Part shown: one piece after another, positions 23,679 to 35,811 of the stretch | How the letters are laid out: each line of letters starts with the position of its first letter | Position numbering within the stretch: position 1 is the first letter of the stretch | Notes under the pieces: generated by a model | What the model was told of the DNA's origin: nothing | Database searches by the model: none | What the model saw: only the letters and a program-made list of their open reading frames with translations | Source of the DNA: Fonticula alba ATCC 38817 | Taxonomy: Eukaryota; Protista; Nucleariida | Assembly: GCA_000388065.2 (NCBI GenBank) | Contig: KB932201.1 | DNA: 60,453 nt | Strand: one strand, 5' to 3' | Translations under genes and position numbers: made by a program

Positions 23679-26645
23679 CCTCTCTCCCTCTCTCCCTCTC
23701 TCCCTCTCTACACCTTGTGTCAGTACCCATGCCCAGGCCTTTCTAACTTCCTGAGTCCCCGCGATCCAGGTCTCAACCACCGGCTCCAGCTGTACGGAAG
23801 CCCCGTAACTGTGATCGCTTTCTTCATTTGCCCTACCCCGCACAATAGCTTCTGTATCGACGCGCTCAAGGGCCAGGCCGTAGCTCGACAGTTGCGCGAG
23901 ACAGTGGCGGAACTGCAGCAGGACATTGGCAAGCGCATTTATGAGGCAGTTCTCCGGTATGGCGTGATGCCCTCCATGTTCATATCCTTCTCCCCCCTCC
24001 TGCCCTTCCTTTCTCTCTCTCTCTCTCTCCCTCTCCCTCCCTCTCCCTCCCTCTCCCTCCCTCTCCCCCCTTCTCCCCCTCTCCCCCCTTCTCCCCCTCT
24101 CCCCCTCTCCCCCCTCTTCCCCCTTTATCTCACCATGTTTATCTCAAAACATGCAGCGGTCACATTCCCGATGCGGCCACCCTCATCAGCGAGTCGGACC
24201 GTGTCAAGTTGAAGCGCGGACTCTTTGCCACAGCCAAGCGTGATTCTCTTCCCCCGGTGACGACGCACAATGTTGCCAATGATGGCTTTTTCAGCCAGAC
24301 ATCCGGGGCGGCCACCACGCCGGACCCCATCCTGACGGCCTTCCGCCGGACGCAACTGCTCAACAAACGCAGCGACCGCGTGAAGGTCATCTTCCACCCG
24401 GAGTTCCTGTCCTCCACCAGCCCGCTTCTACCCATCGATTATGAGGACTTCGTGCGGGGCTGTCACCTGGGTGTGTTCCCCTCTTACTACGAGCCCTGGT
24501 GCGTGGTGGTATTTCTATTATCATTTCTCCCCACCCCTTTCCCTCTCCCCCTCTCCCTTGCCTCTTTTCCCTTTTCCTCGCCCCAGGTCTCTCCCTTTCA
24601 CCTGGTGTCTGTGACAAAAGTCTAACCTGCTGCAAATCGAACCCATTCTATCGACGAAATGCGCCTTCCCACCCTAAAGGGGCTATACCCCGGCCGAGTG
24701 CACGGTCATGGGTGTGCCGAGCATCACCACCAACCTGGCCGGCTTCGGATGCTATATGGAGGAGACTGTGCGTGCTTCAGGGCCGTCGACCGGGGACACC
24801 CCCAAGGACAGGGATCTCCGTGTCATATACTAATCCCCCCCTCCCACCCCCATATGTGCATGTATATATGCCCCCCCCCACCCCCCCCCACGACCGACCA
24901 TTCAGATCGACCGGCCAACCGACTACGGCATCCATATTGTCGACCGCCGTTTCAAGTCGGTCGAGGAGTCCATCAACCAAATGACCGAGTACATGCTGAA
25001 CTTCTGCCTGAAGACGTGCGTTCATGCTCCCGAGCCCCGGCCTAGCCTGGTGCACCCTCCCACTTGCATTCTTCTCCCTCATCATCGATCACCCCGCCTC
25101 CCGTCTGCTGTGGCTCATCGGCCACATGGGTCACGCCCCATCCATCCGCGCGCATGCATGGCACGAGATGGCATCCCTGACTGACTTGCGTCCATGAACA
25201 TGGCCAACAGCCGCCGCCAGCGCGTGAACCTGCGCAACCGGACTGAGCGTCTGGCCGACTTGCTGGACTGGCGCCGCATGGGGCTGGAGTACTCCAAGGC
25301 CCGATTCATTTCACTCGTGCGCGAGTACGGCAGCCTCTACCCCCCGGAGCGCCATGCCCTGGTGGAGGAAATCCTCCGGTCATCGCGCAACCCTTCCAAG
25401 CTGAGCCGACCCTTCTCGGCCCCCCCCTCGCCGAAGGCGGGGCACTTCCCCCCGGCGGGACCAATGTCGAGCGTGTGTATCCTCACATCGCGCCTCCTCG
25501 CTTTGCCATATGCCCAACTTAGTGCTGCCCGTAATGCTGTCACCATCTGACGCTTCTCGCCTGTGCTCCCCTCTCCCAATGGCTTCTTGCATACCCAGCG
25601 CCAGGATAGTTACGAGCCGATGGCCGGCTCTTCTGGCCACCCGCCGCGAATTCGCATCCAGGGGGCCCAGGGCGATCTGACGGCCGGTTCCGATGTGCCT
25701 GGGGGCTCGCCGGAGAAGGACCGGCGGTTTGGTGAGGATGTCGCGCCCCTGTCGGCTCAGCACCGGTCTGGCAGTGTGCCACGCCTACCGACACTGGACA
25801 TGGCCGCCGTTGGGGGGCTCATCAGCAGCCCGCCTGGGTTGTCAGCCGGACCTGGAGGTGGTGGCAGTGGCCTGCTTTTCAGCGGCCAAATGCCCGAGGG
25901 CTGCGAGTGTCTGCCGGAACTGGGACATTCCAGCATGTCGAGCGATTGCCCAGCCAATCGACTCCCCGGCATGGCACCCCTCTCCCCTCATCGACGGTCG
26001 TCCTCTTCTGGTGCCATTCCCGGGCTTGGGGGCAACTTGTCGGCTATGGGAAGGGACTCGTCAAAGGCGGCGACCGCTGCCGCCGCTGCTGCCAACACCA
26101 CAAGCAATGTCTTTAACAATGCCATCAGCGGGGCACTTAGCGGTGGTGCCTCCTCCGGTCGGCCGACCACCGGCATGACGACCTCCGGGTCTTGGGTGTC
26201 CTATGAGGACCTGGGGGAGGGTCTTGGGCCGGACTCAGCCGGTTCAACACGGCAGGGCACTTCACGGCGGGCGCCCACGTCTACCGGAACCACTCGCCGG
26301 AATGGCGGCAGCATGGCCGCCGCCACCGCCACCACCACCACCACCGCCATCGCCAGTGGTGCGGGGGGAAGCCCCCAGCGCCGGCCGGCGCCGACTGTGG
26401 TGGGCGACTTGCAATCGGCAGACACACGCGTCACTGCGCGAACGGGCTCCTTCGGCATGTCAGATGAGAGCGCTGGAGCGGCACGGGCCGACGACAATCT
26501 TGCCGATTTGGCAGCCAAGATGAGCGCTCTGTCATCAGGCGGTGATTCGGGGTCCACCGATGCGCATGCCGATATTTTGTCGGATGCAATGCGCCAGTCG
26601 TCGACCCCCCCGGTTCATGGAACCGTTTTGCCATGCAACCAGTAG
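21691..26645 (+). CDS. GSY: Glycogen synthase (GT3 family), ~1038 aa with extended C-terminal tail
   Basis: Exons 21691-21802, 21899-21962, 22171-22711, 23054-23198, 23417-23635, 23770-23956, 24157-24498, 24680-24767, 24906-25015, 25211-25472, 25599-26645. Motifs [99 protein letters not shown] and regulatory RPFSAPPSP. Confidence 0.97.
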
Positions 26646-27663
26646 TCCTGCTTTTGTGAGACATGTCCACCACCACCACCTCCTCCTATGTGAGTGTCAC
26701 GTCCAACTGCGTACACCTTGCGACCCACCACTATTCCTTCCCCCTCCCTCAACGGACGCATGTACACATACACATCCCCGAAGCATTTCCCAATCCGTGC
26801 ATCCTTCCCTCGACCGGCCGCTGTCCGAACATTTTCTTGACTTTACCTCTCAGCGCCGCAGGCGAGGGTATAGGCGACTGGGCTGGCCTCTTCCTCCCCC
26901 CTTCGTCAATGGCGGGCTTCATCAGACTGGAGGGAGAGGGAGAAGGAGACCGATTGTCTCGCAACAAATGCACGGCATTCCTGCACACTGAGCCCGGGGC
27001 AGAAGTCCGAGGGAAAGCGGTATCAGGTTGGTCCCAAGAGCAACACCAGACGCATGGCACCAGAGGGGCATGGGGACACTCTTCGCCCTCCGATTGTGGG
27101 TCATGGCAAGGCCAAGGACCGACCTGTGAGACGTGGTAGTCTGGCCGAGGAGGGGTGGGGTGGGGTGGGGGGCGGGGACGAAATATCCTGGTGCCCACCT
27201 AATTTCTAGTTCGGCCAGGCGGTATTTACCCTGTATGGTGATGAAGAGCGGGAGGGGCGGAGTGGGGTGGGGTGGGGGGGGGGCAGTATCGAAGGTATCT
27301 AGTTAGCGGAGAGGAGAGGCGAGGCAGAATGCAGGGTGTGTGCAGGGGGGGGGGGAGAGGAGGTGGGAAGAAAGAAAAGCCCGGGGAGTAGGAGCAAAGG
27401 ACGAGCGAGGTAGCGAAGGGTCGGTGGTCACAGCAGCCAGGGGAGAGGCAGGAAAGGGAGCAGGGAGAAAAAATAATGGGGGGAGGGAGCGCGAGGGAGG
27501 GGGGGCGAGGAAGGGGGAGACTTTGAGGATGGGGGACCAGAGGGGTCTGGGCCCAGGTGGTCCGAGAAAAGGGCATCCCCCAAAAGGGACTCCGGGGTGA
27601 TGAAGGAGCCACCCCAAAGGGAGGCCGCGCGGAGAACTACACGCTCCCCCCCCCCCCCCCCCC

Positions 27664-28228
27664 NNNNNNNNNNNNNNNNNNNNNNNNNNNNNNNNNNNNN
27701 NNNNNNNNNNNNNNNNNNNNNNNNNNNNNNNNNNNNNNNNNNNNNNNNNNNNNNNNNNNNNNNNNNNNNNNNNNNNNNNNNNNNNNNNNNNNNNNNNNNN
27801 NNNNNNNNNNNNNNNNNNNNNNNNNNNNNNNNNNNNNNNNNNNNNNNNNNNNNNNNNNNNNNNNNNNNNNNNNNNNNNNNNNNNNNNNNNNNNNNNNNNN
27901 NNNNNNNNNNNNNNNNNNNNNNNNNNNNNNNNNNNNNNNNNNNNNNNNNNNNNNNNNNNNNNNNNNNNNNNNNNNNNNNNNNNNNNNNNNNNNNNNNNNN
28001 NNNNNNNNNNNNNNNNNNNNNNNNNNNNNNNNNNNNNNNNNNNNNNNNNNNNNNNNNNNNNNNNNNNNNNNNNNNNNNNNNNNNNNNNNNNNNNNNNNNN
28101 NNNNNNNNNNNNNNNNNNNNNNNNNNNNNNNNNNNNNNNNNNNNNNNNNNNNNNNNNNNNNNNNNNNNNNNNNNNNNNNNNNNNNNNNNNNNNNNNNNNN
28201 NNNNNNNNNNNNNNNNNNNNNNNNNNNC
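27664..28228. other. Largest assembly gap (565 N); other gaps at 2016-2076, 21518-21527, 35123-35152, 38634-38643, 53536-53560, 57209-57218, 59743-59882
   Basis: Runs of N, mostly abutting homopolymer C/G or microsatellite tracts. Confidence 0.99.
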
Positions 28229-31200
28229 CCCCGCCGATGCCAACAGGCCCGGAGCCGAGGCAGGAGAGAGGGCTCCTGGGTGGGTGGGAAAGGTATCTTT
28301 CGCCTGCAGCCCGTGGCCCGTGGTCCGCGCACCGCCCCTCTCCCACCCAAGCCAAAGCATAACACCCGGTAATGCTGCCGCTGCTGCTGGCACCGATGCT
28401 ACCTGCGTGGAAGACGCCATCCGGAGCTTGACAAAATATATGGAATATTATGTAGCTAAAAAGCGACAGCTTCCTGGCACAACCGCATGGGGCCACACTA
28501 CGCCACCTAGGGGCTGCCCGGTCGATCCGCCAGGGACAAGGCCCCAAAGCACAGGAGGCGAGGCTGGCACTGCAGCATTTGACGGTCAGGGCCTCCCACA
28601 TGAGCCAACGTCACACAGTCACAGTCGCACCGACACCCACACCCACACCTACACACTCACACACTCACACGCTTCACATCCACAGGCAGGAGAGGACCGG
28701 CCTCCAGTCGAGGCAGGTGTGCCCGCGACAAGGGACACACCCTCCAGGCATCCCGGCCACCCCTCACACTCAGGCCTTCCGTCCATGTGTCGGTACTTCC
28801 CCGAGCGGAGAGCCACCCGACGTGAAGGCCCTCGCAGACTAGTCACGGTGGTCGCTCGGCTTGTGGTCGAGGCCGGACGGGCACCCCCGCCTCGCCCCTC
28901 CTTCCACCCCCTACCCCCCCCCCCCCTTGGCTCCTGAGTGTCCCACGCTCAGGCCCCCAGACACGCTCCCCCCCCGCCCCCCTCCCGTCCCCCCCCAAAA
29001 ACCCTCCCTCCGCGGCGGAGAGGCCCAACCAGGGCGGTTATCCCCGAGGAGGGCGGATCTGATGCCGGCAGCGCACCGCGCTGAAGAGGCCCTGTGGTGG
29101 GCGACTCATCTCCTCGTCAGGCGGACTGAGATCCGAGCACGACGGCGGTATCCGGCTCGGAGGGTCGCCTCCACCGGGCGAACGACCAGCAGGAAGACAT
29201 GGATTCTTCTGGCGGAGAGGTTCCTTGGCTGCAAAGTGCCGAGCCCCTTCGGCGCGATGGCGCCTCGGGAGGCACCGGCAGGAGGCGACCATGCCAAGGA
29301 GCTAATTTTCACCGGGCCCCAGGGGATTTGTGCTTTCTCATCTTAGGCCCCGGAACGAGCTAAACGCCCGATCCTCCAGGCCCTTCGGCGGGGGTTCGGC
29401 TAGGATATGACCTGCGTGGCAAAGAGGCCAGGGCAGGCGCCAGGGTTGCGGGGATTTGAGGAGGTCCCTCGACACCAGGCTCGTTGGGAGAGAGGACCAC
29501 CCCCTGGCACAATGGCGCGCAGGGACATTGCGAGGTGCTCGGCATTGTGGGTGGCATTTCCCCGGAGGCTGGAATCGCGGGGCAAGCCAGGGGCGGGGAG
29601 TGCGATTCCCGGCAAGGTACCATCTTTTCAGGCCGTCCTTTTGCATGAAATCCACCCCCCGTCCCTTAGCGCCGCCCTCTAGCATGTCCAAACGCCGGGG
29701 GCCAGCTCCCCGGCCGTGCTCCGCCTCCCCCTTCGTTCTTTCTCTCCCTCTCTCCCCCGCAGCCAGCCCCGGCCAGACCGACACCTCCGGAGTTTATTGT
29801 TGGCTGCGGGGCCGAGGACGACGAGCGGCGGCGCAGCGGGCGTGCCTGGGCCTCCTGCGTTGCTGGGGCCCCGTCGAGGGCGAATGCCAGACGGGTGATT
29901 GCCCACTGGCCTATGAGGCTTTTATCCAGGCGCTCTGAGCGACACAGCGATTCGACAGCAAGGCGACGTACTTGCACACGACGCGGGCGCGAGCACCGCG
30001 CTCCTCTCTCGGAGACTGAAAGCCAGCGTCATCAATCGGCTTCGAAAAAACCCCTCTCAGGCACCGCGCAGCCAACGCCCGAGATCAGGCGAACCATCCG
30101 AAACACGATTCAGTCCAGCACCCGGGCCCAGGGGGGAATATTTCCCGGACACTGGGATACGCTGGCGGTGTGCTTTCGCGATGAGGGATTGCCTCTCTTC
30201 TCGGTGGACATCGCCGGGCAGCCAGCGGGTAGGCTACAAAGTTGGTGGCCCTGCTTCTCTCCTCTCCGGAAGAGGCAACGCTTCGTCAGGTCCTCCGAGC
30301 GCGGCTCCAGTGGGGATGTTCTTCGGTATGATAGAATGAAGCAGGGATGCGGGCTGGCTCGCGAGTCGGGCATTATCTCCATCCTGGTGGATACGGCCAA
30401 CTGAAGTCAACAGCCTGCATTGGCTCGCGTCGAGCAAGGGATCAGCTCCTACACGGATGGGAGGGGGGGAGTGGGTTAGTGGGACATAAAAAGAAAGACA
30501 GGGACTGGAAGATGGGGCAGTGGTGATAGTGGAGGCAACTTGAGTGACGGGGTGGCGGGAGGAGCGAGAGTGACGCGGGCGGGCGCGAAGGAGGCATAGG
30601 AGATGGTGACAAAATGCGGGGGGCGATCATCGTACTGAGTTGTAAGGGGGCCAGTGGCGCTTGCTGATGACTTCTAGCAGGGCCTGGCGACGGGGTCTTA
30701 TATATATATGTATTTGTCCGAATCGCGGCTCCAGCACAGAGACGCGCGGCCGCGAAGGCCGCGATCAGCCTCCTCTCTTCTCGGGGACACGCCCAAGGCG
30801 GTGCCCATGCCCGGCGAGCAATCATATGCCAGTATCCGCCCTGGTGAGACACCGCCAGGGCCGAGGGACCTCCACAGGCCCCGAATGGGCATGCATCAGT
30901 GCCGGGCAGTATCCTGGGTGGCGTCTGTCCCGAGGGTGGGCCTCTCACCAACCGTTTCCCGAGGAATGCAGGCTACACGGCCCTGCTTGCCGGTTGTTTG
31001 GTGGCTTCGCCCTCATTGTTGTTCGACCTCCCCCCCCCCTCGAGAGACCCAGTGGGCCAACAGCTGCGAAGTGCATCACACGTGCCCCCGGCGGTGAGGC
31101 AAGGCGAGGTGACCTCCAGGTCGTACTACGACCCTGGGGCGCCTGGGCGCACATGCATCCAGGACGGGCGCGGTCCACATGGGCTGATCACTTCTCCGAG

Positions 31201-34200
31201 TGACGCCACGCAATTCACCCAGCGTGTCGGGTTCCGGAGGTGGGGGAGGAAAAATATACCGACGAACAGGAACTTCGCCCTGGAGGATCCCGGATCCAGG
31301 GGCAGGGTCTTCCAGGCAACCAGCGGGATTCCCCCAGGTGCGAGGCAGGCCAGGGATTTTGTGTGCCCCCCCCCCTTCCTCGTGTGGGCAAGCGAGGAGG
31401 CCCCGGGGGGCCTGGGGTTCGGGCAGATCCCAGCTCGGCTCAAGTGTCATGGAAGACAGGACAAACATCCGCCCGGCTGCACCGAGTGGCCCGGCGCAGT
31501 GGCTGTCACAAAAAAAGGGCGAGTAATGATGGAAAGCGCATCACCGGCTGACCTCGACAGCATTCTTCGGCATGTGCAGGCCTCGGCTTTGGGCCGAACA
31601 GGGCCGGAAAGGCCCACGCAAACAAACCGATCGCACTGAGGATGACAAGCCCCGGCGGAAGAAGGGGTACTGGGCACGGCTGCCCCCCCCCCCCCCCCGC
31701 CCCTCCGCCTGGCGGCTCCAAACTCCAACACCACGATTCCGGGCTCCGACAGTGTCCAGAGAGGGAACACCAAAGAAGGCCCGAAGATGAGGTGTGCCCG
31801 TAGACACGTCGGATGGCGCGCAAATCCAGCCCCTAATGTACAGGCCACTGTGGCCGGTCGACAAAATGCAACCGCCTTCATTTGGCCCCGGCACACCGTC
31901 TTGCCTCCGAGTGCCTTTCGTATGGGGACGCCTTCCTCCCGGTTCGACAACGGGGGGCAGCGCGCGGATGTGGCGCACGCAGACACACCGCATGATGGAC
32001 ACGGGCGAGGATGCAGGAGCCGAAGGAATGCCTGTGGCTGGTTCGCGGAGGCCCTGCCCAAAAAAAAGACCATCACAACACTAGATCTGCGAAGGCCCCC
32101 CTCCCCCCTCCCCCTGTCTCTCGAAGCCCAGACGAGATCTGGCCTTCTCGAGGGTGGATGATTATTTAAAAATTGACCGTTGAATGCCGCAACCACGCTC
32201 TTGGCCCAAGGGATTCCCAGTGGTGGTGGTGGTGGTGGCGGCGGGGGACACGCGGGGCATGGAGGCCAAGCCGTTCGAGTTTGGAGCCGCGGGGCGGACC
32301 ACGGTGGGCGAGGGTAGCGATGGGTTGGGAAAAACGGCCAGCAGGGGGCCGGGGTAGGGCACCAAAAGCAGGGATACACCCCAAGCTAAATGCCGTCGGC
32401 CCCAAGACAGATCACGTCAAGGCTCGTACAAGGAAAATGCGTCACGGGTTATGGCGGAAGGCCGAGACCATGAAGTACGATCTGCAAAAGGCCCCGGAGG
32501 CCGCGGGAGAGGCCGAGTTAAGGAGGATCTACATAATCAGATGCGCGGGAATGAATGGTCTACGATCCTGGCCGGCGATTTGTACTGAAAACGTCGCGAG
32601 AATCGTCCCTCCCCGAAACCCTAGTCATTGTCTGGGGCACAATCCGCGTAACGGTGCCCGCGTTCGTCGGGGGCGGAGACCGAACGGAATCCCATATTCG
32701 CCCTGCGGGGAAAGCATGTTTGGGGGAGCTTTTTCCCGTCTCCTGGGCGAGAGCCTCCCACACGCGGCCCCCCTGTCTCCGGTGGCTTTCCCTTCTTGCT
32801 GCCTTGGCTCGAGGGGGGGGGGGGGGGGGGGGCGCGGTCCGCCGGGTCAATGTACCCCGGCAATCTGGGCGAGAATGCGCCCGCAGGGGTGGCCCGCTCG
32901 TGTCGGGCCTGCTTACCACAGCATGGACGCTTCGAAAGATGCTCCTGTAGGCCACACACCTGCGGGAGGCGCCGAGCATTTGTTTGGAAACGGACGGGGG
33001 GGAGGGGGCGGGCGGGCGGGCCTTGCGTCAGTTGCTCAGGGCAGGCTTTTTCTCCATGCCCAGCTGGACAAGCCGTCCATCGACCCGTGTCTGGGCCTGA
33101 CCCAGTATCTTCGGCCGCTCCTGGAGCCCCCCCCTCTCGCCCGCGGGCGTGGATGGTATGCAGTCGTGGTGGCGTCCCGTGCTCTGTGGTTGCTGGATTA
33201 GGATAGAGAGAGTCCGGCTGGAGCAAGGTCCCTGCGGTTGTCCTTGCTGCTGGCCTGTGTGTCACGATGGGGAGTCAAGTTGTCCGCCCCCATGTTTCTC
33301 TCCCTCTCGCTCTCTCTCTGGCTCTCTGGCTCTCTCCCTCCCTGTCGCTCCTGGGCAGACCTGGGTCTTCGCCCGTTCCGGGGCCCGCCACCCTCCAGGA
33401 TTGGTCTAGCCTGGACCTCTGCCTCTTTCTCCCTACCGCTGACAGCCGTGCCTTCGGTCAGTCATCGTCGCTGCCAGGAAAGCCAGCCGAGTCTTCATCT
33501 GACCCGGCCCTGGGGCTGGGCCGAGTCCCGAGGCGGGGCTTCTCCCGTGTGCTGACGAAAGGCCACGGCTCGAGCGATATATCGGCCCCTGTGTCCGGGG
33601 CACCATTTCGCGCCCATGTCTCATCGGGGCTGAGAAATGGTGGGGCCGGGGCCCAGGCGGACCAGGGGGGTGGGAGGCGGTGCGCGTGGATGCGTGTGCA
33701 TCCGCGGCTCGAAACGCCAGAAGCCGGCCCATTCTGTTGCATGCCCCGCACACGGGTCAGCCTGTGTCGAAGTCTGCCTCCGACATCTGCCTCCCCTGGC
33801 CGTGAGAAACTCCCACCCGGGTTTGGGGTAATCCAGATGTTCAAGTACAGCTCGGCGCGGGAAACAGCCCAGTTATGCTCACGGCGAGCGTTTTTTATTT
33901 TAATTTTATTTCGGCCCTCGCCACCAGGAGGTGATCGGGTCCCCGTCCCGGAGGGGCCAGATCCACACCCGGTATTCCCCCCTGGCCCCGGACGCCTTCT
34001 CCTCCCTGGTGGGCCCCACGATCAACCATTTCCCCCTGGCAGGAGAGCTCGGGGGGACATACTCCGGAATTTTTATTCCCACACTCCGCCACCCCGAGCC
34101 CATTGTGAGCCTGGGAGCAATGTGTCCTGCTGGCAATCCCCCGTGAGGGGGTCTAGGGGTGGGAGGTGGGGGCGGAGGGGGGGCAGTGCTTGGGTTTCCT

Positions 34201-35446
34201 CTTCTCGCCTCCCGTCACCTCCTCCCAGGATGCTTCTGACCGTTATTCCAGAAGGCGAAACCGAAAACGTACCAGTGTCCTCATTTGTTTGCCGGAGGCA
34301 CTTGCACGGGGCAAGTTGCCGGGGACCATGCCTCCGACACCTGCCTGCCCGACCGGCTGCGCCCCCCCCCCCTCCCCCGATCTGAGCCCCTGTCGAATGC
34401 GCCCAAGCATGGACATGGGCGCGGATGGGGATGGGGGGGGGGGGGGGGGCAGTGTGCGCAGAGTGGGGACAGATGCCCCCGTCCCCCTCCTGCCTCTTCC
34501 GCCCCCTCTCGGGAGGAGACTGGGAGTGTGGCTGGGACAGGAGGGGGCGGCGGAGATGCGATCCCAACAGATCCGAGGGAAAGGCCCAGGCTACCCTCGG
34601 CCCACGAAGGGATCTTCCACCGCGGCAGCTATTTAAAGAGGATTGCTCTCGTACACTGGCCCATCTGGCCAGCACAACCGCCTCTGCTCCCCTTGATTCC
34701 ACCCTGCCTCGCCACGTCGCCACCTTTCCCCTCCTGTCGCCTTCCTACCGCGGTGCGCCCTCCTCCTGGTCCCGAGGGCACTTTCCGCCAAGCAGACTCG
34801 CAGATGTGCCTCCCGCCCCCCCCCCCGCTAACTCCTGGGATCCGGATCTCGGCCTTGATTCTCCTCCCCTCACCTGGCGTGCCTCCAGCCCCCTCGTCGC
34901 CTCCGAGCGGCTCGTTCCCCCTTCTCCTCGCCTCCGGCGCCTTTTCTCCCTGGTACGTTGTCCTCTTTGTCTTCAATGGTTGGTCGATCGCAAATCGTGT
35001 GTTGTGCATATCCTGCCGCCGCCCGCTCCGACCAAGGAACGCCCCTGCCTGGGAGCCCAGAGCCTACCTTTGGGAGGTGCTCGCATAAAGGCCAGTCTCT
35101 TTGGAATCTACATGTGGGATCANNNNNNNNNNNNNNNNNNNNNNNNNNNNNNGGGGATGGCCAAAGTGCGGATCCCCATCACGGCGGGCAATCAATGCAC
35201 GCTCCCTTCTCCATCACCACAGCCAGAGTGGATTTCTTGTCGCCATGGAGAGGGCCTACCCCCGGGCTGGGCCTCAAGGTGGCTGTTCCGGTCGCCGAGC
35301 ATGCGAACCCGTAAATGTACCGGCCAGCTAACCGGCCGGAACTAAACGAAAAGCCCCGCCTGCCTGCCCGTAGGGCCGATTTAGGACCCGCCGAAAACCC
35401 CAGGAAAACCCCACCACACAGACCGCCCCGAAGTGCCAACTGACAA

Positions 35447-35776
35447 ATGCCCCACATCAACCCTCTACCAATCAACGCCGCTCGCCATTACCATGCGAAT
35501 TGGCACATGCCCTTAGCTTCGTCAGCCATGTCGTGCTCTCCCTCGAGGCCCAAGCAGCTGCCCGCGCAGGCGCCATCTCCCACTGCACTGGACGCGCCTG
35601 GCGCCACTGCCACCGCCGCCGTCACCGCCACCGCCACTGCCAATGCCACTGGCTCTGCCCCCGAGCCCCGGTCCTGGGACAGGCTGCTGGCAACAGCCAA
35701 CTGCCCGATTGACCGGTCGTTGGATTCGACTTCCGCCACCGAGGGCGAAGACAGCAGCCCGAATGGCAGCCCGTCA

Positions 35777-35811
<35 letters not shown>

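Noticed and set aside
25431-25472. Possible GC-AG intron donor (AAG|GCGGGG) in glycogen synthase
   Set aside because: A same-phase GT donor fitting the local consensus (GTGTGT, 25473) lies 36 nt downstream and is more parsimonious.
28229-28937. Plus-strand frame with protein-like DAIRSLTKYMEYYVAKKRQ
   Set aside because: No recognisable domain, no start or acceptor visible next to the gap, and the segment coincides with an AT-rich island; cannot be supported as a CDS.
31935-31960. GGTTCGA T-loop-like word suggesting a tRNA
   Set aside because: No T-stem, D-arm or acceptor stem could be formed around it.
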